From: Octopus sinensis
Lineage: Eukaryota
Length of the DNA: 49,415 bases
Assembly (NCBI RefSeq): GCF_006345805.1
Contig: NW_021834366.1
Coordinates: forward strand, 1-49,415
Direction of reading: 5' to 3'
The position numbers were made by a program, and so were the translations under genes. Below are positions 27,537 to 39,700 of this stretch, piece after piece. Within the stretch, counting starts at the first letter, position 1. Every line of letters begins with the position of its first letter. The notes under the pieces were generated by a model. The model saw only the letters and a list, made by a program, of their open reading frames with translations. It was not told the DNA's origin and did not search any database.

Positions 27537-28360
27537 CCATTGGCCGGGTGGTGCAGTGCTTGAAGAATTTGAAGATTCTACTCTCCTATAATGAACTCTC
27601 ATTGGACTTGCCGGCTGACGTTTTATCGAACTTCTGGACCGATGCTAACCTACCCCTTCCGTCCGACATGTCCGGCTCGGCCGCAAACCCTCATAGCGGC
27701 GCATGGCTCGGCGCCTACCCATCTACATCAACCGGAACTTTTTTGGATGACGACTGCTTGAGGATTGGGATTTTCCTTCGGTTCGGTCTCGACATGTGCA
27801 GCATCCCAGTGCCGATGTGGCGCCAAAGTCGACGCTAAAGGGCTCCACCCTCTTTCGTGTCACAGGAGCGCCGCCCGAAGTCCCCGCCATGTCTCGCTAA
27901 ATGACGTCGTGCTTAAAGCCCTCAAGGCTGCAGGCTTTCCGTCAACGCTCGAGCCTGTCGGATTGGACCGTGGAGACGGCAAACGCCCGGACGGAATGAC
28001 AATCTTTCTCTTTCGGGACGGCAAGTGCCTCATCTGGGATGCTACGTGCATCGATTCATTCTCTCCATCGGCAATCATCTCATCTGCCACATCCCCCGGG
28101 TCCGCCGCGGAAAAGGCTGAGACGGCCAAAATAAAAAAAAATACCAAGAACTCGGACGCCGCTTTATTTTCGCACCAATCGCATTGGAGACATCGGGCGT
28201 CGCCGGGCCTTTAACCTCGGCCTTTATCAGCGACATCGGAAGGAAATTGGCCCATAGGACAAAAGAGCCACGCGAGGTTTCGTGGCTATTGCAGAGAATA
28301 TCCATCGCCATTCTCCGTGGCAACACGTATGCGGTACTTACCGTAAAGTTTAAGTTTTAA
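27537..28360 (+). mobile_element. CRE-like RLE retrotransposon fragment, copy 2
   Basis: Duplicate of 6459-7280 with an extra 2-nt deletion near 27807 and an altered A-run near 28130. Confidence 0.8.
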
Positions 28361-28828
28361 CGTAAAGGAATATTTTTTCAATGATAATCCGTATACTGGA
28401 AATCCGTATACTGAAATAATTCGTAGTTTCGTATATTGAAAATCAGAAAGTAGGCAATAGTTAGAATAAGGAGTTATTTGTCCAGAGTTATTAAATTTCA
28501 TGTCTTTCCTTAATACTTTGTGGTATTTTACTATCTCTAAGTTGAAATAGTTTGTTTCTATGGGTGTGTGAAACCACAGAGAACATATTTGAAATGCGTT
28601 TTCAACATGATTTACAAAAGAGAAAAGTCACTAGTATAGCAAAAAAAATTAGATGGAAAATGTAAACATTCAAATGTATTCGGTTTAGAACTATACAAAC
28701 TTTAATTAAATATTTTCAGTTTAATTAATATTTTAATTTCTCAAAACATAAATTATCGAAAACACTTTTGTTGCGTTGGTCGCATTTCAGCTCATATAAT
28801 TTCGATTTAAAAACATTGGAATTTCTCT

Positions 28829-29442
28829 ATGCTTTCAAGAACAGTGTTTCTTAAACAATATAAATTGTTCATTTTACAACAATAATTAACAGGCTTACGA
28901 CGACACCGACAATTAATCCCATGCGCTTATTTTCCAAGCAACTTACACAAGAAATGCAAAATTTCTGGTCACAAAATGAACAATTAAAGCGACCAATGTC
29001 TCCACATCTTTCTGCATATGGGTTTAAACTCAATATCTAAGAAATAGTGTCCATATTACAGCTCTTACTTCAATAACTCACAGATTGACCGGTCTAGCCA
29101 TGTATGGAGGTTTATAATTAACTTCTATTTTAAGGAATTGTGGCATCTGCTGTCGGTTATGTTTACTTTTTCCCCGATTTTGAATCACTTGTGGCACTTG
29201 TTGATTCCCTGCAGATCCGAGATCATTGGATTGGCCCTCCTACTCTCTTTCTGTCAAAGACATTGATTAGCTTTTCTGTTGTTTATCACTTTTTCAACGG
29301 AATAAGACACCTTGGATGGGATTTTGGCTTCGGATTTTCGAATAAAGTTATGTTCAGTGGTGGGGTCATCTGTATTGCTCTATCATTGCTGTGTTCCGTA
29401 CTTCTGGGACTTGTTACTGTGGAAAGACCAGTTTTTAAATAA
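28829..29442 (+). CDS. SDHC: SDHC copy 2 (frame appears intact)
   Basis: Same three introns and motifs as copy 1; F>S and E>A substitutions in the last exon. Confidence 0.9.
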
Positions 29443-29627
29443 TTTAGAGGGAGTTTGATTTACTAACTTCATAATTAAATTTTGGTCTTTTAATAACGCC
29501 ACTAATAATGAATTTTAAGAAAAAAAGGGAGAGAACTCATTTCTATGACTGAGTAGTTTAAAATTTGTTTTTTCTGTAAACCTGGTGATAGATTTTAACG
29601 ATGAGAATAAAATTTTTAAGGTAAAAT

Positions 29628-29667
29628 GTAACCGATTGCCCATGCGTATTCAGCCGCCCATGTCACA
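29628..29667. mobile_element. Solo Ginger2-like terminal remnant, copy 2
   Basis: Duplicate of 8544-8583. Confidence 0.75.
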
Positions 29668-29672
29668 TAATA

Positions 29673-31137
29673 CAGTCCCGTCCAAATGTTAGAGGCACCC
29701 TATTTTTTCCCTAAAAAGGCACTTATTTGTCATTTTTTTTGTTAATAACAAACTGTTGAATAAAAAATCTTAACCTAAAATTTTTGAGCACATTTAGTTT
29801 ATAATGTGTATTTACTAAGAAACTCAAAATATACATCGTTCATATGTTAGAAGCACATTTCAATAACGAAAGACAAAATTATCCAAAAATTTAATATTTA
29901 GTCATTCATCCATTATTTATGACTACCGAAGATATTCTTCTTGGAATTGACTCAAAAAGCTTAATAACCACACCTGTATCAATGTTTTCCCAGGCCTTCT
30001 TTGTTTCATTCCATAATTCTTGAATCGTTGATGCTCCACATTTTTTAACTTCTTTTTTTAAAATTGCCCATAGATTTTCAATTATATTTAAGTCAGGAGA
30101 TTGACTTGGCCATTTTTCCATGAGTTTTATGTTGTTTTCGGGCATAAACGCTCTAGTGGATTTTGATGTATGACATGTTGCTCCATCTTGTTGAAGAAAA
30201 TAATTTTTTCATAAAAATTTTCAAATCCTTCTTTTATAACGCGTTGATATTCGGCGAAGTCGACTGTTTTTCGGCAAAGGACAATTGATCTTTGCCCATT
30301 GCTTTTAATTGCTCCCCATATCGTAATTGATAAAGGGAATTTCACAGTTTCAATTGAATATTCTTTCTTTAATTTTGATCCAGGGGGTCTTCTTATGTAT
30401 TGCCTAGACATCTGATTTAACTGAATCCGGCATTCATCAGAAAATATCACTAAATTCCAGTCGTTTTGATTCCACGGAATTTTAGTAAGACACCATGTAT
30501 ACCTTTTTCAACCTGAGATGCAGTCAATTTTGGTTTTTTCACTGCAATGCGTCCGAATAAATTGTTGCGTCTCAAAATTCGTTTAATTGTCGAAAGACTC
30601 ACTTTTCCGGAAAAGTTACATCATATAAGAAGATCGTTGGTGGTCATTTTTGGGTGTAATTTTGACATTCTGATAAGATAGCGTTCATCATTTTTGGTTA
30701 ATTTTTTGTTCCTTCCCTTTTTTGGCATATCGTTATATAAATATCCGTGTAAAAATCGCTTTTTAATTTTTTGAATGGCACAACGAGAGATTCCCAAATC
30801 TTTGGATATTTTCACCTGAGATTCGCCAAATTTTAATTTTTCGATGACGAGAAACCTGTTATAGACTGATACACGAGGCATTTGAATTTTTTATTAGAAT
30901 TAATAATAATAAATTATAGAATTATTGCTTTTTACATAGGTGCCTCTAACATATGAGCGACCAATTATTTTTTGTTTTCAAGTTTGAGAATACTATCGGT
31001 CGAATATTTATAAAAACTTTGAAAATGTTTAATTTCCTTTAAAAACTTAAATTATTCTTTGAAATCTTTCGAAAAATAATAAATAAGTGCCTTTTTAGGG
31101 AAAAAAATAGGGTGCCTCTAACATTTGGACGGGACTG
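29673..31137 (-). mobile_element. Complete-length Tc1-like transposon (1465 bp), defective transposase
   Basis: TA TSD on both sides; ~56-bp TIRs starting CAGTCCCGTCCAAATGTTAGAGGCAC; transposase 30881-29906 with a TGA near 30620 and 1-nt deletions near 30505 and 30205. Confidence 0.95.
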
Positions 31138-31193
31138 TATATCGTAAACATAATAATGATTTTGTAAAATGGAATTGATTAACTAGTTAATTC

Positions 31194-31510
31194 CTAACTT
31201 TCGAAGTGAAATTTATTTAAAAATTCTTCAGATAATTTTTTTACAATAAATGATCCCAATTTAAAATACAATGAATTGAAATGGACATTGGAGATTTTTG
31301 TTTTAGAAAAGCTAAAACAACCACGATATTTTCCAACCATAGCCATTGCGCCATTAGTTGCGCACGATAAAATATGTTCAAATGGAATATTATTTAAGAA
31401 TAAATAAGATTCAAACATTTTGAATATTAAAAATCTTGTGATATCCGTGATTAAAGACTTTGCAAATAATAATTCTTCTTACAAAATAAATTCATCATCT
31501 AAATGTCTTT
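31194..31510 (-). mobile_element. hAT (Buster/Charlie-like) transposase core fragment
   Basis: EELLFAKSLITD...IPFEHILSCATNGAMAMVGKYRG...VKKLS matches the TDGAxAMxG region of Buster/ZBED-type transposases. Confidence 0.65.
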
Positions 31511-31559
31511 ACAATATCAACCTCAACCTCTTAGGGCCCACGTTCAGTGCACGGATAGG

Positions 31560-32560
31560 CAGATTCACGTCAACGCGCAGTCTAGATTTAGGGGCTACCT
31601 CTTCAACAGGCATCGATAACCCGTGCCTTGTCTCGGCTTGCATGCTTTCTAAGGTCTTCCGTTAACACTAGTGTCTGGATGTCTGCCTCCACCCTGTCCT
31701 TCACGCTAAGTACCGCCAGATGGTTTTTTAAAAATTTTGACACTATTCCGTCCCAGGTCATGAGGACAGAGACGATCTTACTTTCGCCCGGTGGATCGCT
31801 CTCAGTTATTCGCCAGCAAGTCGTATTGTTGGAACTTTTCCACTTCGACCTGCTTGAGACAATTTTGTGAAGTGATCTCCACTTCGATAAGAGTAATTGG
31901 GTTGCTCGATTTGTCATGAACAAATATGTCTGGCTTGTTATTCGGGATAGCATTATCAGTCTGGAGGTTTGTATCGACTCGAATTTCCACAAATTTATTG
32001 GCGGTAACAGATTGGACTGAATGGGTTTTTAATTTTTTCGACTGTTTAATTCCATATTGGTGACATAGATGTAAATACAAGCATTGGACCACTTCGTTAT
32101 GGCGTCTAAGGTAGATGAATTAACCACCCGCAAGCCTCGTACACATCAACTTCAGTATTCTTTAGACATTCGAATAAAATAGAGTGCAAGGGCTTCTTTT
32201 CGAATTTTTTCCATAGATATTCACGTTGAAGTTTCACCAGGTCCGATATTTCAATTCATTTACATTTTCATTGTATTTTCGAGACAAGAATTCTGCAATT
32301 TATTTTTTGCAATAGTGTTTTTTCCATATGTGTTTTCTTTGAATTGATAACCCGCAGAATTTTTACTCTCTTCCAGTAGCAGTAGTTGTTCCATATGTTT
32401 CAAATTAGCATAAAATTGAAGAAGCATTCTCTGACTGACTCCAGGCCTCTCCCATTTTCCTTTCTGGGAAGATATATTCTTTTTGTTTGTGGATTTCAAG
32501 TGGATATGACTGTTCATAAGAATTCGACGAATGTTCTTATCGATCTGCTCGAACTCTCCG
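31560..32560 (-). mobile_element. RLE non-LTR retrotransposon C-terminal fragment, R4/Dong-like
   Basis: KKPLHSILFECL, VQCLYLHLCHQYG, EIRVDT, NNKPDIFVHDK..ITLIEVEIT, EKFQQYDLLAN, VLMTWDGIV; frameshifts and internal deletions. Confidence 0.7.
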
Positions 32561-32588
32561 GCTCAATATCAATCAGTCCAATATAATA

Positions 32589-33830
32589 TGTCGCGAACTA
32601 CGCTGGCAACCATACCACGCTGGTGAACAAGGTGACCTACATAGTTTGACACTAATTAGTGACTCAAGATAATTGCTTAATATTCAAAAACCTAACATTT
32701 TTTGACTCCATTCATAGTAACTATCTTGGTTTCATTTCGTAATTCGATCTAAATGTTAGGAAGACAACTAACCATTAATCTGTTATTAGACATTATATTT
32801 TTGACTTTTCCCTTTTCTTCATATGGGGATTCAAATCTGTGTAGCTTCAATGACGGATTCGTCCCACAATCTTTTAAGATTCGAACCTAAACTGTTATTA
32901 TTTAATTATACCTCATTCCCTATTTAAAAATCATATTTTGACCTGTGTACTCCCATCTTGTTATTTATTCTTTTAAAATAAGATGAATTCATGTCTGGAG
33001 GAGTAAAATAAAAATTTTATTATTCGTTTCTAAAAATAAATACATCATAAATTTACTATTAGTTCATCTTTGACAAACGATGCCTCATTATTTCATCTAA
33101 ATTATAATAAGATTATAACCTGGTATTTCATGAATTACAGTGTTAATTCCAGAAATACCCCTAAACTTTTTGAAGGGGGTCTCATTGATTGCCGAGTGGT
33201 GTGTCGTATTATAAGAAAAAGTTACTTTGTCTAAAAATTATTCCAATTTTTAGTTCCTTCTTATCCATCAGTTTAGCCATATCCCGTGTCAATGTTTGGT
33301 TAAAGCGCTCAATTACACCCTAATTTATTTCAAATTTAAAACTTGTGACTGGGATGGTTTGGTCTTCCACAAATATGTTTGATTTTATTTTCTCCGCATA
33401 GTGATGATCCATCAGTTGATTTTGAATTCCAATCCGTTGTCCGATTGTAAAATTTGACAATATCCTATTTGACGAAAAAATTTTTTCAATTTATTTCCAA
33501 CTTCTAAAAGTAAATGTTAAGTTTTACCAAAAGCAGATTTATTTTTTAAGGATTTGTAAACTACGAATTTGCTGTAGATGTCAATAATTGTTAATATCCA
33601 ATTATATCCATCGTTAAAATCTTTATATCTTCTAACATCAATAAGATCCGCCTGGAATCTTTCATTTGGACTTATTTCCGTTACATGGTAATTAGAATCG
33701 GATACCTAAGTATATTTAATCAAAAATACTTTCAACGGGCCAACAAATTTACAAATTTTGCATTCTTTTATAATTTGTTCGATAATAGGGCGCTTCACAG
33801 TAAAATAAAATTCACAGCACTTCTTATGAA
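32589..33830 (-). mobile_element. Second, decayed Ginger2-like element with micro-introns
   Basis: TGTCGCG terminus at 32589; PNERFQADLID, WILTIIDIYSK, GRPNH.QSQ/GVIERFNQTLTR, TPFKKFRGISGINT, KDCGTNPSLKLHRFESPY, colinear with the 20981 element. The other terminus was not found. Confidence 0.8.
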
Positions 33831-33924
33831 GCTTTAGTATTCTTCAGTGGCATTCTTGGTGAAAAGCGCAGGAACTAACACCTTTTTCGCTACTCTCGTT
33901 TAATGTCAGAGGAATCGCTAAATC

Positions 33925-34230
33925 TTGGAAATGAACAGCATTGTGCTAAGATCTGAAAAGATACAAAGTCTCTGTTGGATGTCTACAGGAGACAAAACTG
34001 CATGGGGGATTAGAAGAGGAACTGTCGACTATCACTTCATCTTATTCCGAAGTGAATGCAGACACTTTGGGCAAGGATTTGTAATAAAGAAGGAATTGAA
34101 GACATTCGGAACGGATTTTTCAACATTTCTTTCCAATCCAGCTAGGTCAAAAAACGATTCAAATCTTCTATCATCATTTCCATTACGTCATTGTGACGCG
34201 AAAACAGCTTTATATCGTCCATAAATATGA
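33925..34230 (+). mobile_element. Probable RTE-like APE endonuclease fragment
   Basis: YHFILFRSECRHFGQGFVIKKELK resembles the GxGFxI motif region of the RTE-clade APE N-terminus; weak. Confidence 0.4.
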
Positions 34231-34315
34231 GGTGGTCAGCAGCGTATGCGGGTTCCCCCTGCCTGAGTTTCCCATCATTACTTTCGGGAATTTTCATTTA
34301 GCTTTCGGTTTAGAG

Positions 34316-35046
34316 CAGGTATTCTCAAAACCGGGCGAAAATGCAAACAATTAAAATTAAATTAGGTCAAAGGGAGCGATAATATATTTAATAAAATATT
34401 CGAATTTAAATATACTACAAGTATTTATACATGTTTATTTTAAGGTTTCAGATTTATTAATATTTCTTCTATAGTGTTTATCCTTAAATTTTATATTCAA
34501 AATAGCACGCTGTTTTTACATCCAAGATGTCTTCTCGCTCAAATAAGAAAAGTCGTCATTATCAAAACGAATATTTAAAATATGCGTTTATTCAAAGTAC
34601 TGAAGATACAAAACAGCCTTATTGTCTTATTTGTCAATGTTCTTTCTCAAATGATGCGATGAAGCCATCACGATTACAGGATCAAGCACCCGGATAAAAT
34701 GTCAAAGCCGATTGAATATTATCAAACTTTAAAATACAATTTTGAAAATAGAAAACGATCAAATCGTTATTCACAAAGCCAGTACATGATGGTTATGTAA
34801 CATTTATTTATATGTAGTTGTGGGGTGCGCAGATCACTTCTTATAAAATTGCTGAAATATCAAGGGTCTCACTAATAATTTTTAATAAAAATTCAATTTT
34901 TATATTTGATTTATTGTTTTATATTTGATTTTTGAGTTATATACAAAAAACAACTAATTAAGGGACAATTCACAAAAATTTGTATGTGGACAAGGGGCGA
35001 TAAAATATCTAAGGTTGAGATGACAAAAAAAGGTTGAGAATGCCTG
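34316..35046 (+). mobile_element. Non-autonomous hAT Buster/Charlie element (731 bp)
   Basis: TIR CAGGTATTCTCAA / TTGAGAATGCCTG; perfect 8-bp TSD GTTTAGAG (34308-34315, 35047-35054); N-terminal RHYQNEYLKYAFI..PYCLICQ..SNDAMKPSRL. Confidence 0.9.
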
Positions 35047-35099
35047 GTTTAGAGTTATCCATTAACAGCACAAAGATTAGAGGTGAGAGAGAATCTCCT

Positions 35100-36550
35100 G
35101 CAGTATACCTCTATTGATTTTAGCTTCTCCCAGTGTTCTGTTTACCAAATTTATACTGATTTCCACTTAGTATTGAGTTTCTTGATAAACATTACCATCC
35201 AACTCTGGAGGCCAGATTTTTGCAGGGTCTGAATTAAGAATTCGTGGTCGACTGATTCAAATCTTTTCCTCACAGCCGGTTATCAGTTAGCCAGACGTTG
35301 AGCCGATCTAAGTTGTCTTGGAGCCTTTCAGAGGCTTTCTAAATGTCCCGATCCCTTGAGACCAATACAATGTCATCCGCATTACTGTCGGTATGAGAGA
35401 TCTTCCAGGAAGAGGTTGAAAGGCCCAGAGATAAGGGGGATCCCTGGGGTACTCCGTTGGGCACGAGTCGAGATGTAAATTTCAGGTTTTCCAGGGAACC
35501 CCTCCCCTTCGTTCACTTAAAAGGTTGGTGATCTAAAACTTGAGCCTTCGTGGAAATTCTGTTTGAAATATCTTCCTTAATAGGGTTTTCCTTGAGACCG
35601 AATCAAAGGCTTTGTGTATGTAGACGGAACAGAGCACCGTCTTTAAGTATCTCTGTTTTCTTGCAAAACCAGTACAAATGAGATCCGTAGATGTCTGTAA
35701 GTATGTAGACGTTAACTTCTCATTTTTAAATCCATGTTGAAAAGGCCTTACCGGTAAGAATTCTTTTATTCTTCCAAGAACCAACCTCTCTGAGATTTTT
35801 GACATTGACCATAACAAGGAAAGGCCGGTCTGAAAGAAGCAAGATCGTCTTTAGGTTTCAGCATCGACCCCATTAGTGCTTGTTTCCATAATGAGAGTAT
35901 CACATTTTTGTTGATCGAGAGTTGAAGATATCTGTTAGGAATATAGCTCCTTCGTCATCAAGATTACTGGGATTTTATTTAGACTATCGAGTATGTCGTT
36001 TTTGTGGAAGACAAAGTATTCCAGACTTCTTTTACCAAGAAAAAGAAAGGTGCCGACCGTTTCTTAAGTCTTCTGTTTGATGGTAGTCTATCCGATTTTC
36101 TGTGCTCCTTGTGTGCTATTTTCGCATAAAAATTGATTAAGTTATTCACGTCCTTTTGATCGTAATCCACGTGCCGAATAGCTTTTCACACTTCTCCCGT
36201 TGATCTATCCTGTTTCACGCTGTAAAAACTCGATTCCATTTCAAAAATTTATATCGTGTTCTCTCGCCTTTAATTCGGTATTCAATGTTCTGACACGGAT
36301 CGTTATATCAGAAGTCATTTGGTTAAACTTATTAAGGCGATTTCTTTCCCTGGCCAAGACAGACTTCCTACAACCACTAGCAACATGAGGTTGGTGTTTG
36401 GGTATAGCCATTGCTTTTGCTTCCCTGGAACCGTAGCCACTTCGCCACATAGTAATTGTATGCCACAGGAAATTTCCTGATAATGACTTTCCTTTTGATC
36501 CTCACCACAATCGGATTGTAGTTGCATCTCGTTTCACAGTGGACAGACTC
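35100..36550 (-). mobile_element. Decayed APE-RT LINE related to the 18486 and 36793 elements
   Basis: FQHGFK, IHKAFDSVSRK, GVPQGSPLSLGLFNL and an APE-end/linker remnant; many deletions. Confidence 0.75.
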
Positions 36551-36792
36551 TACCATTTTCAAGTCAATTTGTCAATTATGAACCTTAAAATTACAATTAC
36601 AAACTTCAAATGTCATCTGCATAATTCAATTTGCAAATAAAAACTTCAAATGGCATCTGCAAAACTCAAATTTACAATTTAGAAGTGATCTGAGGATCAG
36701 CTTCAATCCAACTGATTAATTCATTTATATTTATTTGATTTTTTTTGAATGTCTTTTACCTTCTCTTTGATGTCTTTCTTTATCTTTATTTT

Positions 36793-39700
36793 ATTTATTT
36801 ATTTATTAACTCCAAGAGCACCGAGAAAGATAGGTAAGAACTAGCTAATTAGGTGATCCCTGCCTCCAACAACAGCCGTACTCTCCTTACATGATCTTCT
36901 GGTGACTCGACCGTAATCCGGAAACGCCTTCTCTTCCTTCTGCAGAGGAACTCAATTGAAGTGCATTTCTTTATAACCGACCGAAATTCCTCTGCATGGG
37001 CCACCTTTTCCTAGAGTGGGTTTCCCAGTTCCTTGCAGAAACGTAGGAAACCCTGTCCATTCTTCTGCGTCGCCTCCTCGGAAGCAAGGCTGCCAACTGA
37101 GGTGTCAGTGTGGAGCATAATCTTCCTTCTGAGTGAGTTCAAACGTTCCGCTTTCGAACAAGCAATTGCAAACCTCCAGGCTGAGCAGGCATACTCAACC
37201 GTCGGGGCAATCACTTGTTGGTATATTTTGCTGACACAATCTTTCAGGGGGAAGGGACTCTTCTTTAACAGAGCTTTCAAGACGTTCCACTTCCGAAGAC
37301 CTTTAGCTAGGGCTTCCTCTACGTGACTTGAGAACGTCATTAAGGAGTCGAAAACCACGCCAAGGATCTTCTGGGTACGCGAAGAGGGAATAGGTTTGTC
37401 TCCAATGAATAGTTCCAGTTCATTCTTGAATTTTCTATCATTAGTAAAGAGGGTGAATTGGGATTTGGATGCAGACACACAACATGTTTGCAGATAGCCA
37501 ATCACTTACACAGTTGAGGTGTGACTGGACCATTGCGACAGCCACAGAAGGAGATTTATCTCTTGCAGCGATAATCAGGTCGTCCGCATAGGATAGGAAC
37601 ATAATGTCCGGGTCATTAGTAGTGGGTAGGTCATGTAGAAATAGGTTAAAAAGGAGAGGAGATAAAGGGGAGCCTTGTGGGACACTATTGGGTAGTAGTC
37701 TTGATCTTGAAGTAGTATTGTCGATACGGACCCTTCCGCGTCGGCCAGTTAAGAAATTTTCCAACCACAGTTTGATGTTCAGATGTAAGTTCGAATCAAA
37801 TATCTTCCGCGCTAGGAGTTTCCTCGGGACAGAATCAAAAGCCTTTTGTATATCAATGGATACTAAGGCCGTCCGTAGGTGTGTTCCCATGTTGAAACCG
37901 TCAGTAATAAACTGGGAGACAGAACACAAGTGGGTCGTTGTGGAACGGTCTGGTCTGAAACCGTGCTGGAATTCTGGCAGTTGTAGAACAGGAGAGATTC
38001 GCGTTAATAAAAGCTTTTCCAGTACTTTCGATAAGATACAAGTTATTGAAATTGGGCGGTATGAAGAGGGGGCATCCTTTGGTTTCCCAGGCTTTAGAAT
38101 TGGCGTAATTAGGGAGTTTTTCCATATATTATGTCGCGAGCGCTGCGAGCGACCGAGCGCAGTGAGCGATCACTCATTTTCTAGATCCGATCAATCAACA
38201 AATCTATAAATTGACAAATACCCAGGCTGGTATTTGGGTTTAAATATATTCGATAACAAAAATTAAAATCGATGCCAAAGCAGAATGAGCTTTAAAACCG
38301 ATTTCATAAATAAAAATAATATTTTAAAATTTATAATTGATATTTTAGAATAATGAGAAAAAATCTAAATGCTTCATAATTTATTAAAATGTCAAAACAA
38401 GAATCTTCTGAAGGAGCAAGCCTGTCTGCACAGTTCATTTTTGATTAGAAGACCTAATTTTAGAGATTAATACGAAAAAATAGCAATGAGATCTGTCAAA
38501 TTATTACCCTCCTCACAACCTAAACCAAATTAGCGTTCAGTATTCATTGATTTTACTTTTTCTATTAAGGTCTACTTATAAATTATTTATGGGATTCAAT
38601 GGAAACTTAAGTTATTTCAATTTTAATTTTAAATCATGTTAAAATTTTAAATAATTTAATAAATATATTTGTTGATGACAGGCTTGTTAGCTGTCAAAGT
38701 CGCCTCTAGCGCTCGATCGCTCGCAGCGCTCGCGACATATTAGGTATCGTACGTAAGTTGATGGAGTCGTTATATAGTCTTGATAGTACGGTCCGTGCCC
38801 GGGGTCCCAGGTGTTTGAGCTGAACAGCACAAATCCCGTCGGGGCCACAAGCACGGGTGGGACGTAGGAATTTAATAGCCTTGTCAACATCATCCGGTGT
38901 GAAGAAGGTGGAATACGGTTCTGGTCGTGGTCCGAGCCGTTCAGTATGTGGAGTGCAAGAGAAGTTTTTATGGCTGATCGATACATAGTACTTCATAATC
39001 TTGTTTGCAAGTTTGCGAGCGGGTTCCGAGGAATTGTGGGCAACGGCCTCAGTTCCTCCGTCCTCCTCGCCGATAAGGCAATTGATCCTTCTTAGCGTTT
39101 TCCAGAAGGTGGCGCAGGAATTTCTGTGACATAATCGTCCAACGAGACGACTCCACTGAGTCCGTTATTGGTCCGGATCAGTTCAGAAATTTTGATATTC
39201 AACGAACGTATAGTATGATATGAGTCATTGGACTTGTTTTTCTTCAGGGCATCCCGTTCTTTGATAAGTGATAGGATTTGTGATGATAATCTTGGATTGA
39301 ACTTCTTATATGAAGCGACAGGTATAAATAATTTATCAGCTTGCAAAATGATAGTAGACAGGATCTTGGCCGTCCTTTCCACCGTGCAATTTTCCATAGA
39401 GAGATCGAGCAGGCAGTCGTCCACATACAGCCCGAAACCATTCCAGTTAGCCTTCGAGTAATTTTTGAACTTCGTAGGGCGGCGCGTTGGACAGAAAGGC
39501 CTTCTAAGTGTCAGTACAATGGGGTTATGGTCGCTCGAGGAGCCATAACGAACATTCCACGAGATATATCCAGCCAAGGATGGAGTGCAAAGAGACAGGT
39601 CCGGGGATGTTGGGCTGTCTCTTCTACGGGTTGGTGTCCTTGTATGAGCGTATGGATCGTTTAGGATAGTCAACTTATTGAGTACGGAAAGGATGTACTC

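Larger units (their letters stand above)
26151..31035 (+). repeat. Segmental duplication, copy 2
   Basis: Direct copy of 5083-9952; begins at ACAATACTTAATAAATAC next to GC-rich retro-like DNA and continues into an intact Tc1 end. Confidence 0.95.
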
